Shown: piece after piece, positions 13,385 to 28,578 of the stretch
Numbering within the stretch: position 1 is the first letter of the stretch
How the letters are laid out: every line of letters starts with the position of its first letter
Assembly (NCBI RefSeq): GCF_006345805.1
Contig: NC_043011.1
Span: 43,102,464-43,166,463, forward strand
Length of the DNA: 64,000 nt
Source: Octopus sinensis
Taxonomy: Eukaryota
Reading direction: 5' to 3'
Program-made: the position numbers and the translations under genes
The notes under the pieces: model-generated
Database searches by the model: none
What the model was told of the DNA's origin: nothing
Seen by the model: the letters and a program-made list of their open reading frames with translations, nothing else

Positions 13385-13517
13385 TAAGTCGGTTACATCG
13401 ACTCCAGTGCCCATCTGGTACTTATTCTATCGACTCCGAAAGGATGAAAGGCAAAGTCTACCTCGTCGTACTTTGACTTCAGAACGTATCTTGCCCGGCG
13501 TGCTAACGATTCTGTCA
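13385..13517 (-). mobile_element. SINE family B, decayed
   Basis: taagtcg.ttacatcgac.ccagtg..ctggtactt..tatcgac.ccgaaaggatgaaaggcaaagtc. Confidence 0.75.
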
Positions 13518-13848
13518 TTTTGTCCTGATCTATGTTGATTTCAAATATACCCATAAAATTACATATTTTTGAGGAAGAGCGATATTGTCGATTTTATTGG
13601 TCCTCAGTTAAGCGACTCTGGAAGGTCGAATATCAAAGCTGGATTCAGTGGGATTCAAACACAGACGCATGAGAATAGAGTTACGTATCTGTTGGTATTA
13701 AATCCAAGGTATGACTGATTTTCCAATTCACATTTATGGTGGTTCTCAGTTGGTCCCAAGGATGACCATCCTGTTGTTCAACTAAATGATTTCTTACTCA
13801 CGAAATGCTACACAGCCATGCCCGCGCCGAATTATTAAGCCTTATTAA

Positions 13849-14229
13849 TCTCTCTATATATAAAGCTGAAGTTGTCTGTGTATGGCAGGTTTGGCAGCCT
13901 TCAACTAACACTATCTCCTCAGAGATCCTGCAGCACAAGTTGACCAAAATTGAGAGTATGATAGAAGAAGGCTTGCTCTTCCTTCCGTAGAAGAAAAAAT
14001 TCAAATCGGACCATGTTAACACCAAAAATTATTTACACCAAAAAGGTGCTTTTTTTCTATGAAAATCCCTATTTTTTACGATTTTTTGACTGCTTTGTCG
14101 CCATTTTCAACCAGAAAAATGTTCACTTAAAGAAAATAACAAGCTACATAATGCCAAATTTTTACTTTTCAAAAATGCCAATTCTAAAGGGTCGAAACAA
14201 ACCCGAGCAACGCCGGGCGATACTGCTAG
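13849..14229 (+). mobile_element. Complete non-autonomous Helitron (381 bp)
   Basis: 5' TC(TCTCTATATATAAAG); 3' hairpin cccgagcaacgccggg followed by CTAG; inserted between A(13848) and T(14230) with no TSD. Confidence 0.88.
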
Positions 14230-14597
14230 TAAAAGATAAGAACAACACAGGCATGACAATTATGACTTTTATAAAGGCATACTTAGTTAATTAATATGAT
14301 CGAAAAATATCTTGTTGAATCCCAGAGGGGTGGTGCACGACAAAGTCAAACTGGGCGTGATTTGAACTCACAGTGTATTACGATGTTGAGTAATGCCGAA
14401 AAGCTATAAGTGCACCATTTAAAAACTTCTGCCAATATCTGCAGTTTCTGATAATGATTTATATCATAGATACGATGTAACAGGCTTTGGTGATGAAGAG
14501 TAAGGCGAGTATTATATCAACCCCTGCTATTTAATACGGCGCATTGCCAAATCTGCCATTAGCCAAATTATATATGTTAATGAGGATAATGATGCAG

Positions 14598-14628
<31 letters not shown>

Positions 14629-15124
14629 TGATGGTGATGGTGGTGGTGGTGGTGGTGGTAATAATGACGACGATGATGATGATGATGATGCTTCACTTAT
14701 TTTCTAAACGAAAAAAATTTCTTTGAATGTTACCAAAATAGTAATATACGCACAAAACTGTATAAAAGCTAAGGTTCTTAGTATTTGACACATTTACATA
14801 TATGCATAGACACGAACATACATACATACAGACTGACAGACGGACGGACATAAGTACATACATTCATACATATATGCACACACACACACACATATATATA
14901 CGTGTACACACACACACACGCACACACACATACACACACACATATATACATAATAGGAGTTTCATACACCCGTGAATAATGTAAATATATTTGCTTCACT
15001 TACCTTCTCTCTCGCTTTCTCTCTCTCTCTCCCTCTAAATAAATATATATAATATATAATATACAATGTATTATATAATATATACAATGCATACATAAAA
15101 TCCTCCTATAAATATATTATTTAT

Positions 15125-15192
<68 letters not shown>

Positions 15193-15699
15193 CACACACA
15201 CGCACACTCACACACATATATATATATAATGTGTATGTGAGTGTATGTATCTATACATTCGCACACTCACTCATAAACAATGACACGTAGCTACAGATAA
15301 TCACAGAGTTGATATAACATTCCAGTAGCAGAATGTGTATAATGCTATGTCAAGACAGTCATATTAACTCCGTTATTTCACAACCTTTTAGATATCTGTA
15401 ATAAATTCACTGTGTGCTAACATTTCATTGTAAATCATAGTTCTCCTCTCCTTAAATAATCAATATTCCTCAACGAGCTGCAGCTATTCAGAGCTCGCTT
15501 ATCTTCAGACTGGGTCGTTCCAACTACGTAATATTCCTCATACATCCTAATCGATATTTCAGCTGAATAAACTGATGGGTGAACATCACGGAAGAGCAGG
15601 AGGTAAGATTTTGGAGCTATGTGTACGGTCACAATGTTTCGATCCCGATAAAAGAATTTCACCTTAGTAACGTCAATCTTACCAATGAGAGATAAAAGA

Positions 15700-15920
15700 A
15701 AAAAGAGATATGGGCCGACGAAGGCGCTTCTATCTGGTTGCTCAGCCTGCTCGAAAAGGCAACCAATAACTCAAGCAAATCACACAAGCTACTATCTTAA
15801 AAGATACATTATATAATGTTGTCCTACGTCGACCAAACAAGGTGGGATGGTCATGGCTGAAGGAACTTTGATTATATGTGTGTTTAATCAAGAATGACCT
15901 TGATTGAGCTAAGCGACAAT
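15700..15920 (-). repeat. Ancient interspersed repeat, family E; related decayed copies near 21495-21690 (+), 24120-24345 (-), 27260-27340 (+), 46350-46400 (+), 48770-48965 (-), 60600-60730 (+)
   Basis: Shared motifs tagccccaggtcag.c.tgatc, gaccatccc, and gatttgagggagatttggc.gctatttct across the copies; class unknown. Confidence 0.55.
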
Positions 15921-16448
15921 ATTAGAAAAAGGTATGAATATGTAATGACCTTCATATTTTCTTGCTCATCTCAAATATACGAGTAGTTAATTGAACAGAG
16001 GTGTAAACCAAACGGTTTGGTAGACTCTCCGTCAGTCCCGACGATGTGCATTCTTTATCACGCAAGCGGCCTAGCATTCAGCAGGCACGCTCATCTTTAA
16101 TATATTTCTCAGGCCGAATTAGTGCACAATACAAGAGTAAGTGATAGAGAACCGACTCCACTACTGGGGATTAAGGGCAAAATTAAAATCAGCATAAATC
16201 AACATTATATCTGACACGATAACGATTTTGGCAGCTCGACATTTTAAGCCAGAAAGTAAACCAGTATTCTTAATGCATGTTCTACAAGGCATATGAGACC
16301 TAGAAATTCGGTGGAGCATCAAATTACAGATCAGAACACATTCCCCTCGTCTACATACTTAATATCATTACAGTGTCTCTCACAGTGTAATTCCTTCTAA
16401 TATATAGGTTTAAAATTTTGTCTCAAGACCTGCAATTTTGGTGGTGTG

Positions 16449-16598
16449 TTAAGTCGATTACACCGACCCTAGTGCTCAGCTAGTACTTATTTTATTGATC
16501 CCGAAAGGATGAACGGCAAAGCAGACCTCGGCGGAATTTAAACTCAGAATGTAAAGATGAGCGAAATGTCGTACTAACGATTCTGCCAGTTCGCCGCC
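16449..16598 (-). mobile_element. SINE family B copy (tRNA-like head plus central domain)
   Basis: Head ggcggcga.ctggcagaatcgttag and B-box-like gagtttaaattcc. The central cc.ttcatcctttcggg.tc.ataaa..aagtac block recalls the Deu/Nin-type SINE domain (from memory, unverified). Confidence 0.85.
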
Positions 16599-18588
16599 TT
16601 AGTTATTTCTAGTATATTAACGACACTAATATAATTGAACCACACACAATCCTATTTTTTGTATTATCCTTAAAATCTCTATATCCTAACACATTCACAG
16701 TCTTATTCCTTCCAATTTTCATTAAAACCCTTTAATATCCCTAAGCCCTCACACAGTCTTACTCTACTTAACATATTTAGATTGTCACACAGTCATATTC
16801 TAACTTCCCCGGAGGAATTTTTTACTTCAGTTTTATAAGAAACTATCTCTATTTTGAAAACAAAAAAGAAAAATGTAAAGGAAGCACCGCTGAATATTGA
16901 AAGAATTATAATAACAAATCCTGAATTCTGTTTTGAATTCTGACGAGACTAAGTTTCCTTCACTACACAGTCAATAGGTTTCAGGGCGATTTGACCTTTA
17001 TCGCTTCAAGTTATCATTCAATTAAACTTCACGGGTTTCAATAGCTGCCTGGAGAAGATAACTAAATACGTCTCTCTCCAGTGCTTCATATTTAGTACTG
17101 AATTACAGGAATTATAGGGAATAGTCAACATTGTAGAAAATTAGAGGCTACGAATCAGAATGTTGGTAGTTCGTATGCTGCCGATTACCAATGACGTATG
17201 CGCTCTAATTCATTACAATTCCCTACGACACAGTCTACCGCGTATTAGTAAAGATAACAGAGGAATACAATTTTCCTAACCTGCTTCTCATGAGCAGGGT
17301 TTCTAAAAACTGCAACCAGACGAGGGCTTGTACTTCGTTTGTTGGTTTGGTCAAAGGGGAAGGGCAGTGAGCATCACCCTTTTCCAAGCCTCCAAAGATT
17401 TGTGGGCGGAAGTGAGGGTGTTATCTTTGGATCGATAGGAAACCTAGTGTAAATACAACGAAATAAATATCTACAAGACAGGAACAGAAGCGACTACATA
17501 GACTTCCTCAGTTTTTTTTTTACTTTTTTCTACGAAATTTTTCTCATATGCTTTGAGTGACTTGAAATTGTATAAAATACTTGCCCAAGGTGCCCAGGCA
17601 GCGGGATTAGAGTTTGAAATGGCGTAGTTGCGATGTGAAATCCTACAACACACAGAAATACAACACCCTGTAGAAATATGCTGTTGTTGTTGTTGTTGTT
17701 GTTAAGCAACAAGACGGATAAGGGTGATTAGGTGATGGTCTAGGGCTTAGGGGCGGGTGACCCCAGACCTTGGAAAAAAAAACAACTTTGGTAGTCTTGT
17801 AGTCGAGGGCTCTTCGTTGACGCCCGATACCACTGGGATGTGGCCCTCGAAGTCGCTGGAAATTGAGATCTCCAGGTCCAAATTCTTGAACGACAATAAA
17901 TATGCTTGTACCCTATAGCCGCAATATTCACCACATCATACTTTGGGAATAAACACAATATTTGACCCTTATATATTCCTGATTACAGTAGCTAAGTGAA
18001 ATCTACTACACTCGAACATATAAATGCACTGAGAGAATAGATTCTTCAATACAGTAAAGAACATGAAAAAAACCCAAACGAACAAAAGAAAATAGCCGCA
18101 GGTTACTATACAACACATATATATTTCTTGAATATTAAACTTTTTACTATATTTTTGTACGGAAATGGGAGAAAAAAGTTATTACGTATTGTATGTGAAG
18201 AAAATAAAACATACGAAAATAAAATACATGAAAATGCCAAAACAAAATAAAAAAGTGAATAATAAACTAAAATTGAAAGCTTCAGTTTCGTGATGCAGTC
18301 ATTTCTTTAATGTCAAAAACGCCAGTAGTTTTTCTTATATATGAAGCGTTCCACTGGAATTTACATATTTGGTAAAAAGTCGCTACGTTCATTTGAGACT
18401 AGTAATAGTGGGTACAGTTATGGTAAATGTGTGTGGTGTGTGTGTGTAATTTTGATACTTCATGCCATTAGCAAAACTTGGAAAACCAATAAAACACTCA
18501 TTAGTTTTGCAGTATTCCTGCTTTTTAAAGAACTTTGCTTTCCGGAGAAGTAAAGCAGAGGAAACAATTACACATTGGCACTAAAAGG

Positions 18589-18637
<49 letters not shown>

Positions 18638-19157
18638 GTGTGTGTGTGTGTGTGTATGTAAAAAAATACAAACTGGGACAAGAACGCAAAACATTTAGAA
18701 GACGATACAAAAAACACGGACGGGACATTCGAAGCCTTCAATCTTCAGTCAAGAACTGGACCATCCTCACAACCTCGGCTGATTAATATATATATATATA
18801 CACATACATATTATATGCATACACACACACATATACGCACGCACATACACACATATATATGACATGACTTACATATTCATTCTTAACACATTTCGTAGAT
18901 TCGAACGCAACTATGCTAATCGCTGTTGCGTTCCTGTGTTTAGTCAAATGAGAGCAGCTTCTTCACGAAGACTATATGTTCATAATAGACTCATTTGAAC
19001 AAGGTGATCGTTCCTAATCTCGGTCTTCAACGTTATGTTCTTGAGCAAGACACTTTATTTCACGGTGCTCTAGTTCAGTCCGTTGTAGAAATGATTTGCG
19101 ACGTCACTGGTACCAAGTTCTAAGGGCCTTTGCTTTTCTCTTGGACAGCATTCTGAC

Positions 19158-19252
<95 letters not shown>

Positions 19253-19344
19253 GTGTGTGTGTGTGTGTGTATATAAATAAATAATGGAGTTTAACGCAGA
19301 TACAATTCAAATACTTTTACTTCCGACAGATGTTTCATTTCTTC

Positions 19345-19431
19345 ACTTCCCTGAAGAGAAGATTACATTGCTTTATAACATTTATTCTTTTGAATAATAT
19401 CAGTGAAATCTTCGAAACATGTGTCGGAAGT
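19345..19431 (+). ncRNA. Minimal type-I hammerhead ribozyme with canonical core, in a PLE pseudo-LTR
   Basis: Stem I acttcc/ggaagt; CTGAAGA at 19351-57; stem II gaagatt/aatcttc with an extended hairpin; GAAA at 19414-17; short stem III catgtg; GUC cleavage triplet ending at 19425. Confidence 0.8.
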
Positions 19432-19623
19432 AAAAACATTTGAATAATACCTGCGTTAAACTGCATTTATTTCTTCATATATTATACAAAAATTTCCACG
19501 TAAACCCGAAGTTTCTACCTTTAAAAACAAGGAGTTTACAATCTCTTTACTTGTGTGATTTTTTGCTACCCTGGTAACTATTTATCTATTTTTTTTCGTG
19601 TTAACAAGGGAAAACTACATTCA

Positions 19624-19699
<76 letters not shown>

Positions 19700-22600
19700 T
19701 ATGTATATATATGTATGTATGCATTGTATGTGTTCTTGTTCTTCTGGGTTCTTTGTGATCCCAAAGCAATGAAGCACTGTACTTTCAGTCTGCTGTTGTT
19801 ACTGCCTCAAGTTAGAAGCTACATTGCTACATTGTAACCATCTTGCAGCAGTGTAGTGTGTCCCGTTGAATGTTAAGTGCTTTGTCTTACGCTGACTAAT
19901 CCTAAACAGCCAGAAAACAAACTATAAACATTCACCTCTCCTATTGTTACTTTAATACCATGTCAGCCGATGCCAGCTGATAGCTCTTATTTTATATCAA
20001 TGCCGAATGCTAACACACCTAATTAGAACGACAGGAAAGCTAAATTTTGCCATTTCTGCAGCTTCTTGCACCTCCTACAAGCGATACATTTTTAGAAGAG
20101 ATCTATAACTCTTATTTCCCGTACCAGTGTAGTAGTTACTTGAGGAAATATGCAGCTACTGGTGACCAAAATTAGATATATAATCGATCTTAATACCAGA
20201 AAGCTACAACATCGACAAATGAACTGAAATCTTCGATAAATAAAATAAAATAAAATAAAATAAAATAAATAAATAAATACATTTTTTTTCCTTTCGTTCC
20301 AATGCAAGTGGAATGGAAATAATTTTGAAAGATTCTTTATTGAATTGTCTGATAGAATATATTGCATGTAATCAAGTAAACTGGAACTTTTTTTTTATAT
20401 ATTTGAAGTTAAGTTCTTCAGCTCCATTCAACACATTTGATACAATGTTGCAAATTGGAGAAATTCTGATAAACAAACTCAAAAGCGGTCGGAAATTCTA
20501 GTGGCGGCACACGATTTCGCTTCTCGCTTGCATTTGCAGCCGTGTTATTACACTCACGCTTCAAATGACCTCCGGAAATGTATGAAGGTTACAGCTTCCG
20601 ACTTTCTTTTCCTCTGAGCATTTTTTACAAAATCAGATGAAAAATTTAATATAGCTGAAATGGAAATAAACACAGGAGATGAAGATAGCTGTAGGTTGGC
20701 CTGTCTTTGTGTGTGTGTGTGTGTGTTCGGGACGGGGGGAAAGATAATCGTTTGAAGAACGACTCTTTATTGATGAAGAAATGACAAGTGTTGCAGGAGG
20801 TTATAAATACATTTCAATAGAATTTGAAAGATGGTGGGAAACGATGGCCAAGTGGACATTTGAAGGTCATATGATAAATTAAAGAGAAAAAAGATGGAGG
20901 AGGGGAAAATGAGACACAGTTAACGAAATAAAGTAAGAATAATTTTTTTTTTAAAAATACTATAAATTAAAATATAAAGAACGTGAATGATGGAGATTAA
21001 AGAACGAGGGGATTCGATATGTGACTGAAAAATAGAAAGAGAAAAAGATAGCATAAAAGGAACGAATGAAATTCAGTGAGAAAAACAGGAAGAAAGAATC
21101 ATACAGTGGAAGTGAGGGAAGTGTCACCCAGCGATAAAAAAATCGCTAGTTGACTTTAAAAACAAAATACACTACATTGTCCATTTTAGTGGATATGACT
21201 GAAGTTATATTCTTTGCTTATTGTTTCAATTTTTAAACAGCCCTCGAGGGAGATTTTGTTATCTAATCGCAAGGAAAATCTCAGTTAATTGAACGTTTTC
21301 AACTTACTACATTCCTGATATGGAAACCTACCGGATGTGTACAAAAATAATCTCATACACACACACATATGAAATGCTCGTAGGCATAACAAGAGCGTGA
21401 ATGCTTCGGCAAGAAATCGAAACTGTCACGTAGTCTGTGAACCGTTTCCCGCTTATTCAACGACTCCTTCCACATGATACGTATATAATGATATCGTTGT
21501 TTAAAGCCAGGTCAACTCTGATCGATCACCTGTGATTGGGCATTTCTCTGACAAAACACATATCGTCCTTGACCATCCTGTATTCTTCTCAGACGCAATG
21601 TGTAACCTTATAAAATGTGTCTTATTCAAAGACAATGAAGTTTGAATTGAGGGAGATTTGGCAGCTATTTCTTTCAGGTTTAGAGACTATTCCTGATAAA
21701 AGCATTGTCAGAAGGAATCTAGAACTATGAATCAGTATTAATTTCTCGGAAATGAATCTGTGAATCGGTTTCGATTCCTAGTTTACTTGGCCTAGCTTAG
21801 CTTGTTAACTTGCCTTAATTACGCCACTGGAATTACCTAAGCGCTTTGATAAATGAATGTTTAACTTATGACGCTTTGATAAAAAAAAGGCTTAACCTCC
21901 ACTGCTTTGATGAAACTCGTAAGTTATGGCGGTTTAATAAAGCACAAAAGCGTTACAGATTCTAATATATTTACAAACGTAAATCTCAGCGTTCACATTT
22001 ATATAAATCTTAATGCTTTAACACAAAACCTTCCGATGAGAGACACAACAAGATTAGTTTCTAAGAGTAATGACTATAAAAGTTTTCTTAAATAATACTT
22101 TTAAAGATATCTAAATCATTTCATGTTATGTGGTGGTGGCGCAAACGAACTAGCAGAGTTGTTTAATCGACATATGTCTTGATGCAATAAAAGACTAATA
22201 TATTCACCTTTAATGACATTAGACTATCGGCAGTGAACTTAATGAGAACTGACTATCAAAGAGAATTTAAGAGAAATTGCTTCACGACTGAATAGCACTG
22301 AAGCAAGTGAAACAATTAATGTGAAATGATGTGTCTTAGTATTGCAATGAGATCATAATGTCATTTATTGATTTCTCGTGACACAATAGCACAAACGTTA
22401 TAATGGTTGGAAATGGAGGGGCGGGGTGACGTTCATGGGTTTTTTTTTTTTTCAGAATCAATCCCTTGTATAAAATGTGAATTAGTTTCAATGGAGAATC
22501 GAAACTGTTGTCACCACTCAAAACGAGAGAGCTTTATTACCTCTTCTGTGTGCGCGCTTGTATTATTGCGGTGTCTCATTTAGTTTTAGTTTTTGTCGTT

Positions 22601-23849
22601 TATTATAATCTCGCCCAGATCTAGGATGATCAATATGAATTCTAAATGACTGTTACTATATTTTTATCGATCCTTCAGAAGTTAAACTTAGCTAACTTTA
22701 ATCAAATACGGCAGAAATTTTGTCCGACTTTCGAATGACTTAACTAATCCATCGATTCTTTACAAGGGCTTTGTAATTTGAAAAGCATTTCAATGTTTAT
22801 GCCTGTCCTTATCGGCATTAGAGAGTAGGAGAAATGGAAACTGTCTTCAACCGAAAGCAAAACCTATGTCTGTAGCCCACTTATTGAATTGTAAAACTTT
22901 CTAATCTACTTAGATCTGTTTCCTAAACTGGTTTCATAAGAATTCCAAGATACGGCATAATAGTTTTGATGTTCTGTGAGTCAAGGCTTCTGTTAATAAA
23001 ATGTAGTAAAAATTGTTTTATAAAAGAAAAAATGATATTCATCATTTCGAAGTTGTTACAATTTTTTAATAATTTGAATAAATTCTCTCCCCAAAATATT
23101 TCGTTTCTCTTATATAATGCCTTATTAAAATTAGTGAGGCAATGGCTGTCCCTAATATATAGGCATAGGTACGATGATTTTTGAAAAACATCGCGAAAAT
23201 TTAGAACCCACTTACCTAGATGAACAACTCGTCACGGTAATTAAATGTATCATCAAATACTGAGTCAGTATTCCTATAAATCCCTGACAGACCCGTGTTT
23301 AACTACCCACGGGACTTTATGGAAGTAACACCAGTAATGAAACCCTCAGTAAAATTCACCAATCATCTAGTTAAACCTTGCTGTTACATCTTAACTTTGG
23401 TCCAGAAGCGAGATGAGACTTTCTCAAGTCTGTAAATGCATGTAATGATCGTAGAGTTGCGAATTTTGATATCTCCCTCGGAGTAATAGCAAGGACAGTG
23501 TTATGAAACTGAGTCATTTACTTACACTGGTCATCTCTTCTTGCGACTATATCTTGGAGGAACGTGGTCTCTGTCAGAGTCATTTGTATTTTAGATGCGT
23601 TAGATGAGAGTCTTTTTCAGTCACATCTATATAATTCCTTAAGCTAACTGACTCCCCTCTCTAGTTAATGTTACTTCGTTAACACAGGTGAGAAAGGTAT
23701 AACTGCCACACAATCACATATTCTGCTGCTTATACGGAATCAAAACACTAATAACATTAGATTTCTTTGGCAAAGCTGTTATAAAATATCAAAAGGGATC
23801 GTATTACATGAATCGTTTTGAAACTGACCTATTTTCCATTATCGTTATT

Positions 23850-24012
23850 GCAAATATTCTGTTCAATACCACAGGTTTGCTTGTCAATTCCTTGACCATA
23901 ACAACTTGAGTATGTCCCTTAGTGACTGACAATATATGCATATCTGATCAAGAGCAGGAGTAGTGGGGGAGTATCATAGCCATGTATTGAGAGGGATTCT
24001 TTGGGGTTTGAA
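23850..24012 (+). repeat. Internal fragment of the 547-bp (AAT)n-flanked element (see 57726-58272)
   Basis: Matches the reverse complement of about 58015-58174. Confidence 0.8.
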
Positions 24013-24556
24013 AAGCAGTTTGAAGAAAATATTAGCTATATTTCATACTTTCTAGGGGTAAGTAAATAAGAAATAACAGTTACTACCCAAGGGCAAAAAT
24101 CGTATTACAGAGTGATTGTCAACTAGGCCTCCTGTATATGAGGTCACTCCACGTACTGAAAACGTTAACCAAATCTGCTTCGAATCTTACCGTCTTACAG
24201 AGACAGTGCATAATAAATATGGTCTTAGGTATATCATGTTCATTAAAAAAAAAATGATTGTCCTCAACTGAAATATAATTTAATCTACTCAAATATAATT
24301 TGACCTACAAGTCTACTCAGCCAGGATTATGTTATGGTTACACAACGGCAATATTAAACATGTTTCCAACATTAAATGTATCCCGTCCTCTCAAATGAAA
24401 ACAAAAGCAAATTTCCGAATAGAAACATGTATGAACTATTTGGTTAATTTATACTACATACAAAAATAATGACATAATACAACTGCTTACAAAAATAGAG
24501 ATTAATGTATAATTTTGTCTATGCTCATAATTTTTGTTCACAATATTGAAAGAAAA

Positions 24557-25995
<1,439 letters not shown>

Positions 25996-26909
25996 TAATA
26001 TATAATAATGACATGATAAACACACTTGCTATATTAACATAAAATTTATGTAAAATATGGCTTCTTTTGTTTACGATCTGATCAATAATCAGAACAATGA
26101 GATAGCACGGACAAAATAATTCCGTTACGCGTCACGTCTTGTTGGGATAACCGAGGTCTAGTTGCGCAGCGATTTACTGTTGGCTGTTCTCTAGATCAAT
26201 AATAGCTGTTTCTATCAAAATGATATCCTTAAAAGATCAAACAGCTCGTCACGACTCTTTAGTAGTTTTAACTTTTTGACATAAAATTGACGACAGAGGA
26301 AACGGCTGCTCACTTGGATAAAACTAAGTGAATTCACCAGGACATTTAATAGCTAGTTCCGAAAACAAGTGGAAAGTGAAACTCAACAGATTACACGATC
26401 AAAGACTAGTTAAGGTATAGGAACTTATAAATCAGTCATTAATACGCCAGCACTTAAACCAAACGCTTATAACATCCTCACTCTGTAGAAATTTAGAATT
26501 TTTATAGTAAGAAAAAACTGTTAGATAAATCTCTTTTCAAAGACAACTTTTCCAAGAATACTCTATTACAAAAGTCCTTCAAATATCTAAATATTAATGT
26601 TGCCATTTTCTGTATTAATATCGGTATACTATTACATCGGAAATCAGATAAACTAAATTTAATAAATACTTTAGCATCATATTTCCACAGACAAGTGTGT
26701 TTTTACTATTCAGAAACAAACACGGTTTATTTTCAATTTTCCCAATTTTTTTCTTCTTCTATAGAAACGTCTCATACAATAATATCTTTACAATTACGAT
26801 CATATCTTAATTAAAATCTGACAAAATATAATGCTCACAAAGAAATTCGAGTTTTTCAAAGTATAAAATCATAATATTAAGCCGCGAGTTATTTTGTGGA
26901 TGGTGTTTC

Positions 26910-27010
26910 GCACACACACATATACACAGGCACACACATATACACAGGCACACATATATACACAGGCACACACATATACACAGGCACACACACACACAGG
27001 GACACACATA
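26910..27010. repeat. 18-bp minisatellite (cacacatatacacaggca), about 4 copies
   Basis: Seen directly in the sequence. Confidence 0.8.
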
Positions 27011-27377
27011 CACGTACACGTGTGTTTGTGTCTTTCCGCAATGTTTACAATTATTGATTTTTCTTCCTTTTAAACTGACAGTATTATCATTTTTAATGGG
27101 ATTTCTCCAGAGTCACACACTTAATATTGCTAACGTTGTCACAACACCTAAAATCATTTTTTAGTTTCGCTTGTGTCATTATGCTTCGCAGTTTTCTCCA
27201 TCGACTTCCTAGAAAATCTTTCTCAGATGGGATGTATTTGATTATTTTATGATGTACTTGTTTTTGTTTAGCCCCAGGTCAGACTTGATCCAGTAGAGCT
27301 ATAATCAAATGGCCTTTTAACTGTGATCATCCTGATTTTCCCCACACATGATAATAAATACATTACCAGTTTGTTCG

Positions 27378-27652
27378 CTTTACTTGTTTCAGTCATTTGA
27401 GTGTGGCCATGCTGGAGCACCGCCTAGAGTAGCAAATCGACCCCCAGGACTTATTCTTTGTAAGCTCAGTACTTATTCTATCGGTCTCTTTTGCCGAACC
27501 GCTAAGTTACGGGGACGTAAACACACCAGCATCGGTTTTCAAGCGATGTTGGGGGGGGATGAAAGGCAAAGTCGACCTCGGCAAAATTTGAACTCAGAAC
27601 GAAAAGACGGAAGAAAATCCCGTTAAGCACTTTGTCCGGCGTGCTCACCGCC
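27378..27652 (-). mobile_element. Chimeric SINE: family B head fused to family A 3' half
   Basis: On the minus strand the B head runs to cctttcatcc, then continues through a C-run into aacatcgcttg..tail of family A. Confidence 0.75.
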
Positions 27653-28193
27653 TTCTCATCAACAAGGTATTAAAAACTATCATTGCAATTGAGTTCAAAT
27701 TCAGCCCTATGATTCCTGTGAAGTCAATAAAATAAAGTACCCGTCATGAAAAGGGGTTGATTTGATCGACTACACTACCGTCACCAAATATCGATCAGGC
27801 TGTGGGCCTCAATTGATTGACAGAATCGTTAGAACATGGTACAGTATGTTGTGCACAATCGGTTCCGGTTCTTTACGTTGTAAATTCAAATCATGCAAGA
27901 GTTACCTTTCTTTTCGCCGAATGCACAAAATTAAGAGCCAGTCCAGAAGTGGAATCAATTTAATCGATTAATCTCTATCCCAACTAAACTGCTGGCTCTC
28001 TGAGCAAATCAGAAATGTGTTGTTGTTGTTGTTGTTTGTTGTGAGGCAGTGGTGGTAGGGGTGTGTTGATAAAATCGGAAGCGCGTCGAACAATGTAGCT
28101 TATAAATACTGGCACTCTATTTTCTGAATTGAAACTCGTCGATATCAGCTTCCCTTTAATCCTTCCAAGGTTGGTGAAATATACTACCTTTAA

Positions 28194-28578
28194 GTGGAGG
28201 CGCAATGGCCCAGTGGTCAGAGCAGCGAACTCGCGGTCATAGGATCGCGGTTTCGATTCCCAGACCGGGCGTTGTGAGTGTTTATTGAGCGAAAACACCT
28301 AAAAGCTCCACGAGGCTCCGGCAGGGGATGGTGGTGATCCCTGCTGTACTCTTTCACCACAACTTTCTCTCACTCTTACTTCCTGTTTCTGTTGTACCTG
28401 TATTTCAAAGGGCCGGCCTTGTCACTCTCCGTGTCACGCTGAATATCCCCGTGAACTACGTTAAGGGTGCACGTGTCTGTGGAGTGCTCAGCCACTTACA
28501 CGTTAATTTCACGAGCAGGCTGTTCCGTTGATTCGGATCAACCGGAACCCTCATCGTCGTAACCGACGGAGTGCTTCC
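28194..28578 (+). mobile_element. Full-length tRNA-derived SINE, family C, with an 11-bp TSD
   Basis: A-box tggcccagtgg, B-box ggtttcgattccc; TSD actacctttaa at 28183-28193 and 28579-28589. Confidence 0.9.

Noticed and set aside
15435-15662. 75-aa non-repetitive ORF on the minus strand
   Set aside because: No ATG start, no recognisable homology; length expected by chance.
18342-18353. tgaagcgttcca match to the U6 3' end
   Set aside because: Only 12 nt with no flanking similarity.
28194-28270. Genuine tRNA genes at SINE heads (also 30221, 43480, 44982)
   Set aside because: Cloverleaf stems are broken and the heads continue into repeat bodies.
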